From contig NW_002060950.1 in assembly GCF_000150275.1 (NCBI RefSeq), positions 2,654,106 through 2,718,105 of the forward strand: a stretch of 64,000 nucleotides of DNA, in the 5' to 3' direction. This DNA comes from Trichoplax adhaerens. Its lineage: Eukaryota; Animalia; Placozoa. A program made the position numbers and the translations under genes. The notes beneath the pieces are model-generated. The model was not told the origin of the DNA, did no database searches, and saw only the letters and a program-made list of their open reading frames with translations. Below are positions 26,620-38,929 of this stretch, piece by piece (position 1 is the stretch's first letter; each line of letters opens with the position of its first letter).

Positions 26620-27320
26620 AAATAGAAAGATTAATTTTCCATTTTGGGGGAAATAATACCAATAGCTGTCATTTTGAAATGGTTATAGACAATAATTCAT
26701 GGACTATGATTTCATGGCTTAGCTTGATTATAGTGTTAGGCATTGATAGAATTAAAAATTATATCGATAGAAAGATTGATTTTCTAATTTTTCGTAAACA
26801 ATCCCAATAGCCATCATTTTGAAATAGTTATAGGCAATCATTTTGATGTCGAGACTTATTGGCTTAGCTTGCTTACAATATTAGACATTGGTAGAATTGA
26901 AAATTAGATCAATAGAAAGATTGATTATCTAGCCTTTCATAAACAATCTCAAAACTGTCATTCTGAAATAGTTATAGATAAAAATTTAGGTGTCATGATT
27001 TCATAGTTTAGTTTTCTTATACAGTTAGACATGGATAGAGTGAAAATGGAAAGATTTGATCTTCAATTTTTTATAAATAATCCCAATAGCTGCGATTTTG
27101 AGAATGGCTGCGAGCAATAGTTTGTGTGTCATGATTTCATGGCTTAGCTTGCTCATAGGGTTAAGCATTAATAGAATAAAATTGGAAAGGTTGATTTTCG
27201 AATTTTGGGGTCAATAATCCCAATAGCTGACATTTCGAAATAGTTACAGGCAATAATTTGAATGCCATGATATCATGGCTTAGCTTACTTATAGAGTTAG
27301 GTATTGATAGAATTTTAAAT
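26620..27320. repeat. Diverged tandem repeat, ~136-145 bp unit, ~5 copies
   Basis: gaaagattgatttt...aatcccaatagc...ttttgaaatagtta...atgatttcatggcttagcttg...ttag(g/a)cattgatagaat recurs near 26622, 26767, 26912, 27048, 27183. Confidence 0.85.
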
Positions 27321-27875
27321 CGAGGCATAATCGATGAGCATCAAATCGATGCAGACAATCCTGTAAGTAAACATTCAGCAATTATTATCTCTATTCAGAA
27401 TTCGAGTGCAACTTATTCTGAATTGATTGATTGTCTGTAATTTAGTATCTATATTAGAGCACTGGCAAGTCATGACAACGAATAAGCACGTGTATTTTAC
27501 TGGAAACTTTATTTAACAGTAGACTATAAGTACTTTAATATTCCGATTACCAATTCTCTATTGTTTTGCATTATCTAAGATTTCTACACTTTAATTTTTA
27601 TTGAATAAATTTATCGTGAGAAATGAAAAGCAGATCACAAGTGCCTTCATATTTAGATTGCCAGTTCTCTATTTTATTCGCCATTGGCTGACTTTTCTGG
27701 GCTTCAATTCTCATTGAAAAACATTATCATGATGAATATAGGATTTATACTTACTCGATTTATTTCCGTCAGTATTTCATTTCCACTCTACGTATCGTTG
27801 TACTCCGTCATCGCAGTATATATCACCATGAGTTAAATTGAAATTTAAAAAGACTTTTTAATACTGTGTTCTAAG

Positions 27876-28570
27876 AAGCGAAATGACTATAGGATGTTTG
27901 TGAAATAGTAAACTTGATGTAGAGTTGTTACGGAGTAACTTTTGCATAGCTTTTATAACATAGTTTCCATAAGATAACTTATCTAAAAATGTGTTCACAT
28001 TAGTTTATCTATAACGTTTTGCATCTTTTCAATAGATAACGGTATAGTTAGATGATGTTATCTATAAACTAATAATAAATGTTTATGTCGATTTACTATA
28101 AAATTGACTGGCGTTTCAAGAGAGACTAGCATTGCTGTTCCTCTTGATGATAGGAGATTGTCAGTATTTAGAGCCGCACTGTAAGTAGATATCGGGGAGG
28201 ACAAACTTGACAGTAAACTCATAGGTTTATTTTTTGTGATAGCTTAATTTTCTCCTCGCCACAAATTTCGATTTGTGGTAACAGTTTATTTCATGGATAT
28301 GATCATCGCATCGATCTATACGGATTGCGAGTATTTGGTATAACTTAAGTAGTATAAGTATAGTAAATACCTTATATGATAAACGCATAAATTTAAATAG
28401 CGAAATGATCGTTGAATATTTGTGAAATAGTAAATTTGATGTACAGTACTGTATATTCCATGTATATGATAATCATATCGAGCTGTATAGATACTAGTAA
28501 CGTCAATATTTACTACCCATTGCGAGTACTTGATGTGACTTAACTAGTAGGCATATTGTGGATACTCTAT
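27876..28570. repeat. Short local dispersed duplications
   Basis: agcgaaatga...tttgtgaaatagtaaa(c/t)ttgatgta at ~27877 and ~28399; ttgcgagta...acttaa.tagta at ~28325 and ~28520. Confidence 0.6.
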
Positions 28571-28871
28571 TCAAGATGGCCTATTTCTTTACCATGATAA
28601 ATTTTATGTTTACTTGCATACAATATTTACTCATGGCAAAATCTTGCCCACAGGCAAGCTTAACTGTATCTTTTCTAATATTAATTTGTTGTTTTCTATC
28701 TTTCACAGAACTATACCCGGCATGATTAAGCATCGATCAAGCAGTCAGTAATTTCATATTTAACCTATTAAGCCTTTCTATTGCTACAATTTAAAGAAAA
28801 CAAAACTTGAAGAAATATCTTATCTCCTATTAAATTATTTATCCTTTCTATTTGTTAACTGATCCTTTATT

Positions 28872-29804
28872 ATGGCTAGAAGAAGCGATCCATTAGCTCA
28901 CTCTTGGTCTGGTAATAGCATGGTCTTACCGCCGATACCAAATCAACATCATAGCGAAGCTCCAACTCCTTTACGCCATCATCGTAATCATGGGGTAGCC
29001 ACATCAAGTCATGATGCCAATCATAACGTAAAGTTAGTTCCAAATCATATAGGACGTCTGCTAAGTGAACAACATGGACGTAGCAGAACATTAAGTAGTC
29101 CGATGATGTTTGATCGCCAACGCGCCAATTCATTTACAGCAGCAGCCTCCAATTCAATTTTAGCTATAAGCGAGAGTGAAAAAGCTATGAAACAATCCAA
29201 TTCTATTGATACTATCGATCATAAGAAAATGTTGAAAAAACTACATCATCGTTCGGTAACTATGATCTCCATTAATGGTAGTTTAGGTCATGATAATGCA
29301 GGGGCAGTATCATTAACCGATAAAGCACTATTAAGCCCCAAGTTGTTACGTTCAGCACGTTATTCCACACCGGCAGCTGTATCCAATAATATTGAATCAG
29401 AATCAAGTAGAGGTGGTTCAGAAAATCCCAGTCGGCCTGTATCCATCGATGATTATAAAACTCTATTAGGAACAATGGATCAAGAAAGCAATAAATTGCA
29501 GTCACTAAATGATCCAGATACACGAAATCATCAATCACATCATGCTGATCAAGGCACAAACGACGAAAATGATAATTCAGCATTAATTGACGACGATCAT
29601 TCCAAGAAACAACAAGGCAATAGTGTGGACAAAAATCGACGTATTCGTCCAAGTCAAAATAATCCAACAGAAGTCGGCCAGCACCAAGCTGATCAAGACT
29701 ATCGAGCTGTTAATCGTGCAAAATGTGAAAGCTGGCTGGATGGCTTAAAGGATATTGATTATAGCATGCCTACAGCAGACGTGATTACCGATTATAACGA
29801 TTAA
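28872..29804 (+). CDS. Uncharacterised 310-aa hydrophilic, probably disordered protein; intronless CDS
   Basis: 933-nt ORF in AT-rich DNA with raised GC; upstream acceptor tttcacag at 28708 suggests a 5' UTR intron; S/H/N/D-rich; VLPPI near N-terminus and AKCESWLDGL near C-terminus. Confidence 0.85.
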   Translation: MARRSDPLAHSWSGNSMVLPPIPNQHHSEAPTPLRHHRNHGVATSSHDANHNVKLVPNHIGRLLSEQHGRSRTLSSPMMFDRQRANSFTAAASNSILAISESEKAMKQSNSIDTIDHKKMLKKLHHRSVTMISINGSLGHDNAGAVSLTDKALLSPKLLRSARYSTPAAVSNNIESESSRGGSENPSRPVSIDDYKTLLGTMDQESNKLQSLNDPDTRNHQSHHADQGTNDENDNSALIDDDHSKKQQGNSVDKNRRIRPSQNNPTEVGQHQADQDYRAVNRAKCESWLDGLKDIDYSMPTADVITDYND

Positions 29805-31099
29805 GTACTACAGAAATGTTGTACTGCCTTCCATCACTACAAATTACCTCTCTTTCATGAAGTTTCCATTTTAAATGATCTGTAACTATTTAGTATATTT
29901 TTGATTTTAAAAAATTAGTATGAGCAAGTAGTCGGTCATCAATATGACCAGATATTGCAAGCAAAATCGATCTGAATATAATAGGGAAACTTAGTTTCTG
30001 TTGATGTAAATTATTGAATGTAATGTAGTGGTTATTTTGGAATTTTGAGGACGTTCTCATTTTTGTTCTTGATAAATTCACACGCTTGAAAACAAGTTTT
30101 ATTTCTCCTTGGTTAGCGCGATCCTTACAGCTGCTAAAAAAATATTCTTGAAAAAAATTAAGTCACTGTAATAGTACTATCGGTTTTAAACTATCTTTTC
30201 TTTCCTATACACTAAAAAAAGTTAGAAAACCAGCGAATCTATATTGCAATATAGGCAGTGAATGTCTAATTCTCGAAAGATATTAAAATTGCGTGATATA
30301 GGAAGCTTATTTCGCTCTTTGACCTAGATAATTTTCAGATTTGTAGATCCTTCAAGAGGCTGCTACTTGATCTGTATTAATGTACAGAAAATGATGTAAA
30401 TATGATTTATCTATTTTTCGTTTTAGCGGATTAATGTAGGCAAATAGTCTACCGTGTAATAGGACCAATTTTACGCGGTACTATGTCTAGTAAAAGTGGC
30501 TAAAATACAATAAAATGTATTGCATTCTTGCGAACATTAGTGTCTGACTAAGTTCAGAGAGAAGTGCATAAAATACTCTGTAATTATAGATTCTATCTCA
30601 ATAAAATGAGCTATCGTCTGTATCAACGCGTATCGAGTGTTTAGAGCGGCATTTCCGTCATCTGTTGGCAAAGCGAGTAAGCGAGGATATCCTATTTCAT
30701 ATTACTGTTTGATAGCTTAGTTAGTCCATTCGTCTAAATGTGCAAGGATACACGTATATGGCTGAATCATCAGAATCAATGCTAATGTCAATCATTGTAT
30801 CTTGATTAGATATATCCTCAGTTTAGCTAAGCAATTTGCTAATGGTATCGCCATGTTTGTTGATCGATCAAGGATTGCAGCGTATATCTTTTAATCGGGA
30901 GATTATTATGTTTTATTACTAAAATGAGAGTTTGATTTACCTTCTAGTAGTCTTCTTGCTGAATATGCTTAGAACTTTATGGTAATAGTATCTGATTCTA
31001 TACCGATTGCATTATATCTAGTTTACTCGATTTAAAATATATTTTATGTGAACGAATAATTTTTACCACGATTTATGGTTCTATAAACAAGAATGGTGT

Positions 31100-31800
31100 T
31101 ACTTATGAGATTCTCTTCCATTTCCCAGCTTATATCTCAATCGATATTAAATTGTACGATTTCCGCAGAAGGCCAGTATGGTTCTTTGGCAATTGGGTAT
31201 AACAAGTTTCCATTTGTTAGACTCTACTAAACTGTTCCGTGTACAAAAGTGATTAAATCCTATTGAAAACGTGATTTCAAACTAATTTACGCGTAAGTTA
31301 GAGGTGTATTAATCCTGCAAGGCACAAGGCTTTAGGGCTAAGGCAGGGGTATGGCCTTCAATCATGGCAACCTTGAAAACGGGTAACAAGCATTATCCTA
31401 GTCTTGATTGATTTTATTATTGCAAGGGGAATGGAGTATTCTTCCCTCCATTTAATACTCATTGAATGGATACTAATCATTTTACTTAAGCCTTACACAG
31501 GCGAACTTGCAGTCTAAAATAAAGTCTTTCGTTTGTATATTCAAAGCTGTAATTATAATCCATTGTAATTTGCAATGGGAATATTAGAATAGAGCAAGGA
31601 ATGATATGAATATGCAATTGCGTAAGTTCTGATGGCAGAAAAACAGGTTGATTCCTGAACACAGTACGTCTAAGTCTATCGGCGTCGATTTAGATCTTTA
31701 AAATGTTTTATACTATCAAATTGCTATCATATTGGAGGATTTATTACATTTTTAATGACTTGATTAGAATACGGTATATCTCCATATTCCGATAATAGGA
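31100..31800 (-). pseudogene. Possible fossil of a tyrosine-kinase C-lobe
   Basis: SEYGDIPYSNQVIKNV (~31790-31745) resembles the YGxxPY..NxxVI subdomain X. Downstream METCYTQLPKNH and frameshifted PSAEIVQ (~31214-31155) resemble MxxCWxxxPxxRPxFxEI. Confidence 0.3.
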
Positions 31801-32004
31801 ATATTAGAATATATCGCATTATTATTATCGTAAGGATTCCGTCAAGAAATTGCTGTAAGAAATGATTCCAGAACCATCCTTCTTGTATGATTCTGATGGA
31901 GATGCTACTAAACATTTATTATATTTATAACAGCTTAGAATCCATATCAATATCTCAATAGCATATCGTAATACATGGTATTTCGGTTCAAAATTACTAT
32001 AAGA

Positions 32005-33410
32005 TGTATTTTTGGAGTAGTCCTAGGACTACTCCAAAAATAGCCTATGTAGCATCGATTTTCATAGGCCACTAGGTATTTTTCTAGTGGTTTATTTATT
32101 TTTGGAGTAGTCTATGGGCTCGCATAGACTACTCAAAGAAAATCCGAGTAGTAGTCGTAATTCTGATGTCTATAAGGCAAATTCTTCTAGTCGTCTATAT
32201 ATCTTTGGAGTAGTCCAAGGACTACTCCAGAGAAAACCCATGTAGTAATGGAGATTTTCATTGGCCCTAGGTATTTTGTAGAGGTCTATCTATTTTTCCA
32301 GTAGTCCATGGGCTCTCACAGACTACTCAAAGAAAATCCAAGTAGTAGCGGTGATTTTGATGGGCCACTAGGTATTTTTGGAGTAGTCCAAGGACTATTC
32401 AAAAGAAAACCCATGTAGTAGTGAAGATTTTCATAGGCCACTAGGTATTTTCAAGTGGTTTGTGTATTTTTGGAGTAGTCTACGGGCTCGCATAGACTAC
32501 TCGAAGAAAATCCGAGTAGTAGTGGAAATTTTGATGGCCATAATGCAAATTCTTCTAGTCGTCCTTGGACTACTGCAAAGAAAATCCATGTAGTAGTGAA
32601 GATTTTCATAGGCCACTAGGTATTTTCTAGTGCATAATGTATTTTTGAGTAGTCTATGCTAGCCCATAGACTACTCAAAGAAAATCCAAGTAGTAGTGGA
32701 AACTTTGATGGCCATAAGGCAAATTCTTCTAGTCGTCCTTGGACTACTGCAAAGAAAACCCATGTAGTAGTGAAGATTTTCATAGGCCACTAGGTATTTT
32801 CTAGTGCATAATGTATTTTTGAGTAGTCTATGGGCTCGCATAGACTACTCAAAGAAAGTCCAAGTAGTAGTGGAAACTTTGATGGCCATAATGCAAATTC
32901 TTCTAGTGGTCCTTGGACTACTAGTAGTGAAGATTTTCATAGGCCATTAGGTATTTTCAAGTGGTTTGTGTATTTTTGGAGTAGTCTATGGGCTCGCATA
33001 GACTACTCAAAGAAAGTCCAAGTAGTAGTGGAAACTTTGATGGCCATAATGCAAATTCTTCTAGTGGTCCTTGGACTACTAGTAGTGAAGATTTTCATAG
33101 GCCTCTAGGTATTTTCAAGTGGTTTGTGTATTTTTGGAGTAGTCTATGGGCTCGCATAGACTACTCAAAGAAAGTCCAAGTAGTAGTGGTAATTTTGATG
33201 GCCATAATGCAAATTCTTCTAGTCGTCGTTGGACTACTGCAAAGAAAACCCATGTAGTAGTGAAGATTTTCATAGGCCACTAGGTATTTTCTAGTGCATA
33301 ATGTATTTTTGAGTAGTCTATGGGCTCGCTTAGACTACTCAAAGAAAGTCCAAGTAGTAGTGGAAATTTTGATGGCCATAATGCAAATTCTTCTAGTCGT
33401 CGTTGTATTT
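32005..33410. repeat. Hairpin-rich satellite/minisatellite array, 174- and 158-bp units
   Basis: gagtagtctatg-ggctcg-catagactactc (or close variants) at 32105, 32473, 32647, 32821, 32979, 33137, 33311; spacings 174,174,158,158,174 in the regular part. Confidence 0.97.
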
Positions 33411-33664
33411 TTCTACTCCATGGTAAGCTCTCGGCTATCATCAGCAACATAGCAGTTAGCGGTATCGCGTGCATACTAAATGACTACGATGGAGGTCTTG
33501 ATTCGGCTGTAACGAGTGTCATGGTGCGATACCCTAGACACTATACTGTAGTGTAGTGCGAGGATATCGTTCTCTACACAAGCAATCCGTAGGTTGGTGC
33601 TGTCTTACTTCAATTTCCACCGAATTGGCGCTAGTCTTCTTCTTCTTCCTCCAGCAAAGCCAAC

Positions 33665-36600
33665 ATGAGTGCAAAGTAAGTTGAGAAATGATGTCAGTAC
33701 TAGGCAGACATAGCTTGCCTCTTATTAGAGTATTTAAAACGCGATTGCAATCGATGATGGTATAGCATGGAGAAGTGTTATGAAATGAGATTGTCCTTCG
33801 TTATGTTCATAACTTTCTACATTACCGTCGAGAAGCTCACTACAACTTGAACTTATTCCGCTTGACTATCGTAGCACAGTCACTTAGGCATAAAAGTTGT
33901 AGTATGTAAATCCATTTATTGGACTTGTCTACAGATTTCGAATAAATCTTCCTTGTGACAATGTAGAAGAATTTACAAAACGTAACAATCCATGACTAGC
34001 TTGATGAAGTGTGAAAATCATGCTCCATCGTCGATATCAACAACGCTTATTTGGTTGATTGTATTTTTTCTTGACAGCGATGCCTACCTTCCTTGCCAAG
34101 TTACGGCAGTCTCTGATCCATTCGATGCAAATTACTCCTGTATTGTACTGGTTGCTACCTCCATTGATGCTATAGATGATAGCTGGACTCAAATCAAAGG
34201 TGCTCTTCAATCCCGTTCGAAGGTAAACCGTTCTACAATCTCATCATCAATATTCGAGCGTCAATTGGAATTGTAATGGATGCTTTTCATTTTTCAATCC
34301 GTAAAATAGCTAGGAATAAAAAGTACAGTAGTCACCTTTATATGTATAATACATCTGTAGCATGTTTTCACATTAGCATCGACGAATGGATGTAGAATTG
34401 CCAGTCTGCCATCGTAGTCAAGAGTAGCACGAAGGATTCAAACAACTGCTAGTATCAGCTCAAAGTAGAGAGATAGACATATACAACATAAAAAGGGATC
34501 GTTGTGCATTACACGGAATAACTTGATACTTGTATTGGCGTAAAGCAGTAAAGTAGAATGATGCAATCTTTGAAATTGTAAATAGCGATTACATCAAGGC
34601 CATACTAATTACAGTACATTCGAAAAAGGGAAAGGCTTGATAATGCAGTGCCACTACACTGCAGAAAAATCATTGCCTTCTTGCAATAAAATGCAACAGC
34701 AGACTATCAATCTTGCTATCACACAACAATAACAAAGTTTAATCGTCAAGTTGAGCAACTTTCTACTGCTTTCATTTTATCTTATAGATCGATGCCTCCT
34801 TCAATTCTGGCACTCACATTTTAGAAGTCACCAACAGAGCCTTGGTAAAAAGGACATAACTATAAATTAACCTCGTTGAGACGATTGTAACAACAAGTTA
34901 TCGCTCACGAGATTTGTCAAATCGTATCCTTAATTCATTAATGAATAATGATGCATTACTTGCATTAGAAGACGCATAGATCAAATCTCCTATGCAATCC
35001 TGTACATAATTAACGAATGACTGATGTTATTTTAGTTTACTCTAACTTGTTGAATCTAAAGTGTAAAGCTGTTCATTCTATCACAGTTTAAGCTAGCTTT
35101 CATTCGATAGACGTATACCTTCATGCAGTTAGTGTAGTAACACAATTACCAATAGCACTTGCGGCAACGGTCAATGAGTCCTTATAAAGAAGCAATAATG
35201 CTGTCCTCTTTACTTTTCAATCATTTTACAGTGTATAGAATGAATTGGTTACTTCATAAAATGGTAAACTTACGATTTTGAATATTAATAGATTTATGCT
35301 CCCACTGGACCTCTTAACCGCGATTATGACGATGTCAGGCGTATTACCGATGCTGCAAAAGCAGGCATAAATAGGTCAATTTTACGCCTGAATGATATGG
35401 AAGTATAATAATTCATAGAGCAGTCGTTCATTGATGTTCCCATCTTTTATTAGAGCGTCTAAAGCTGAAAGCAAACGCCCTCTACTCATATTACCTAGCG
35501 AAACACCATTCCCTCATTCCTTTGAATCGGGCGTGTTGGGCGCTTTGAGTGCTGCTTATGTTGTACGTTAATACACATAATAACTTTATTCAAACGTGAG
35601 TAAACTTAATCATTGCAAAAGTTGATCAAGGATATATCATGTCCTATTTCAGCCACTGGAATTGAGAGAAGCAAGACAAACGCGTTATATAGAAGAGCTA
35701 GGTGTTTTTGTCAGAAATGAGGTAAGTAATAGTACTGTAGAACATGTGCCTTGTGTTTAGTATCACCATGATATCATGACCTTAAGCAATCTGAACATAA
35801 TCATTGTTACAACACTAATGGGGATCAATATGCTATATACCGTACATAGAATGAAAAATCACTAATTCCATTCCTATCGGCAATCGAGAGTGGCAGGTAC
35901 TGTCTCCAATATCATACAAACGATTACAAATGTACCCAACAACTATTGCGATATTGCACACTAACAATTATCATCTCAATATTAATCACAGATTAGTCTG
36001 TCGCGATATCGGTGGATCAGATCCCGAGCGTATGGCTCCACCGAATGCCGCCAATTATGTTCAAGATGTTTTCAAGGATACACCTGTTAAGGTTATTACA
36101 GATCGATAGCTTTGACAATACCTTAGTTGACCAAATTGTATTCTGTTGATTGTGAATTAAATTGGCCATATTGGACATAGTATACAACTTTAAGTAATTC
36201 ACTAATAAAATCGAAATCATTATGATAACATTGCAATTCAGGTCCAAGTAATCTCGGATGTAGAAACGATTGGCAAGGAATATCCGCTCTTTGCAGCGGT
36301 CAATCGATGTAGCGAAAGTAAACACCTTGTTGCCTTATCAATTATTAGCTCATGATATCAAGAGTAGTTAGTCCGAAATTCCTATTCTCAAAAATGGAAC
36401 CAATTTTTGTATTTCTTACGCTTTAGCTGTACCTCGTCATAACGGTCGCATTGTGTATCTTGAATACAATGGCGAGGGCACTCCTGATGAGACTCTCCTC
36501 CTTGTTGGCAAGGTAGCTCTATAATTTATTGCTCTTTAAAAATTATAATAATGCAATATATTTTAAGACTACATTTCTTGCCGTATGCAAACAATACGGC

Positions 36601-38929
36601 TGACTAATAATAGTTGTCCGCCAGGTTCTTAATAGAAATGATTATCGTTAATATGGATAGGGAGTAACAATGGACACTGGAGGTGCAGACTTGAAAGTTG
36701 GTGGTGCTATGCGAGGAATGAACAGGTTGCTTATTAAAATAAATGCTCTTCAGTCCTCACCCACGTAGAATTACATTATAATTTTTTGTTATCGTTATTG
36801 ATAAGGGATAAATGCGGAGCTGCAACAGTTGCTGGCTTCTTTCAGGTATGCACACTGATTCCGTAAAAGTTGATAATTTCTATTCAACTTTATATTGTAC
36901 CTTACTTTTAGCTCGAAGTTGATCTTGCGGCACTTTTACAACTTTAATTATCGTTTATATTGGCTATTGAAGCTAACTCATAGTCAAAGATATTGCAACT
37001 ACGCTGCGCTATCTGTTATTTTATTCTTATCCATATTTGACATTGTTATTATATGACTCTAGATTTTGGCTCGCTTCCGCCCAAAGAACATTAGAGTCCT
37101 AGGAGGCTTAGCTCTTGTACGAAATAGCATTGGAACAGGTTAATATACAACTGCAACAATTTAATCTCGAAATAATGAGTTTACCATGTAACATAGGACT
37201 TGTCATGACTGCATCCTACTTCTACAATTTCAGCCAATGAATTAATATCTGTAGTTGATATTTATTTCAATCTGTACTTGATTTAAATTGAATAAAATGT
37301 AGACTGCTATGTGTGCGATGAGATTATAACTTCAAGAGCAGGAGTTCGCGTTCGTGTCGTCAATACTGATGCAGAGGGCAGGATGGCAATGTGCGACGTC
37401 TTATGTCGTATGAAAGAATTGGTGAGTCGTTGCTTTTTAGCTGATTTACTGATTTAATAATAATAACTATTGTCATCATAATTAGCACAATTGGTGATCA
37501 AAATTTAGTAACACGGTAACTCTTTTTTCAAAATGAACTTACAATTATATAGGCACAAAATGAAGTGAACCCTCACATTATGACCATTGCAACTTTAACA
37601 GGTCACGCAGTGATCGCCGTTGGAACCAGTTACTCTGTAAATTTCGCCCTTTTCAATTGTTTTTATTTGTAGAAATTATAACTTGATAGCACCTGAATAT
37701 TCAATTTTCTTATAGTGTGTCTTAGATAACGGCCCAGCTAAGAAAGTTCAAACTGCATGTAAATTACAGTGTGGTAAGTTTACAAACCCAAAATGCATAC
37801 TTAAATTTCTGAGTTCATCAGATGGCACTGTAGCACTTATTAAACTATCATTATGGGCAAATTTAATGTTATGCTGCAGCGTAGTGCTTAAGTCACTGTG
37901 CGCATTAGTATTCATTTAATGTTGTAGGAAATATAGAAAGTACGCAAATTTTGTAATTTCTAACTTTGCTCGTACGTAAAACCGATATTGATAATTCTAC
38001 ACATGACACTTTATTTGTATAATATACGTTAGCCGGAGATGAAGTTGGCGATCCATTGGAAATATCAACTCTGAGACGAGAGGTTAGACTTTTGCACTTA
38101 GTAATTATCACGATGAAATTTGTACTACTCGTATCCTTCAGTGGTATCCATAGCATTATAAATTCGAAAGGTGATCATTTCTCTTATTAATGCATCATAA
38201 TAGGATTACGACTTTGTTGGACCAGAATCAGTATATGAAGATGTAAGACAATGTAACGATTTACCATCTTCTAGAACTCCGCGTGGACATCAATTTCCAG
38301 CAGCCTTTATGATTCGTGCTTCTGGACTTGACAAGGTAATTTGATTAATCATCATTTCTAATTACACTTGCAAGAGAGACTGCAATATCATGTCACTAAG
38401 TTCGCAGTCACATTGTTTACGGGTGTTTACAATTTTAGCTTGATCATGAATATCGAAAAATCCATAAATGAATAAAAGTTCAATAGTAACATCCATAGAG
38501 AAATAAATATTCGTCTCTTTAGCGTCAAAGCTTATTTTCTAGTTCTAGATAGTACCCACATGGTACCGAAGACTACTAAATATTTTTTTCGAGTGTTATG
38601 ATCACTGAAGTATCATTACTGATATTGCAATTTCAAAGCCTGATTGCCATAGTACTCTTGCTATTGATGTTGTCTGATTTGCGTAATTTGATTTACATAA
38701 CATCAAAATCTCCTAAATTGCAGTGCAAAGACTAGTAAAGATATAATCGTATGTGTAAAACTCATGAAGGCCTTATAAATACTCTCTATAGTTCGGTATT
38801 GACGCAGAGAATCCTATTCGCTACACCCACTTTGATATTGCTGGATCAGCCGGTTTGTCTCCTAGAGTTATCCCTACGGCAGCCCCATTGCCTGCTCTGG
38901 CCCAGAGATATCTTCGAGACAGATCCTAG
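33665..38929 (+). CDS. M17 leucyl aminopeptidase, paralogue 1 (W07G4.4/LAP-2-like), 19 coding exons
   Basis: ATG 33665 (MSAN|DAYLPC); spliced motifs CRDIGGSDPERMAP, VGKGVTMDTGGADLK, RDKCGAA, NTDAEGRM, ATLTG, RGHQFPAAF, HFDIAG; TAG 38927-38929; aataaa at 39186. Confidence 0.93.

Noticed and set aside
28259-28278. Hairpin ccacaaat-ttcg-atttgtgg
   Set aside because: Isolated 8-bp stem with no context; expected occasionally by chance
28876-29667. Two minus-strand ORFs
   Set aside because: Antisense shadows of the 310-aa plus-strand CDS
32005-33410. CRISPR-like array of palindromic repeats
   Set aside because: Intervening sequences are repeated rather than unique spacers, there are no cas genes, and the context is eukaryotic
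32830-33556. ORFs MGSHRLLKESPSSSG...
   Set aside because: Products of the tandem repeat; no coding evidence
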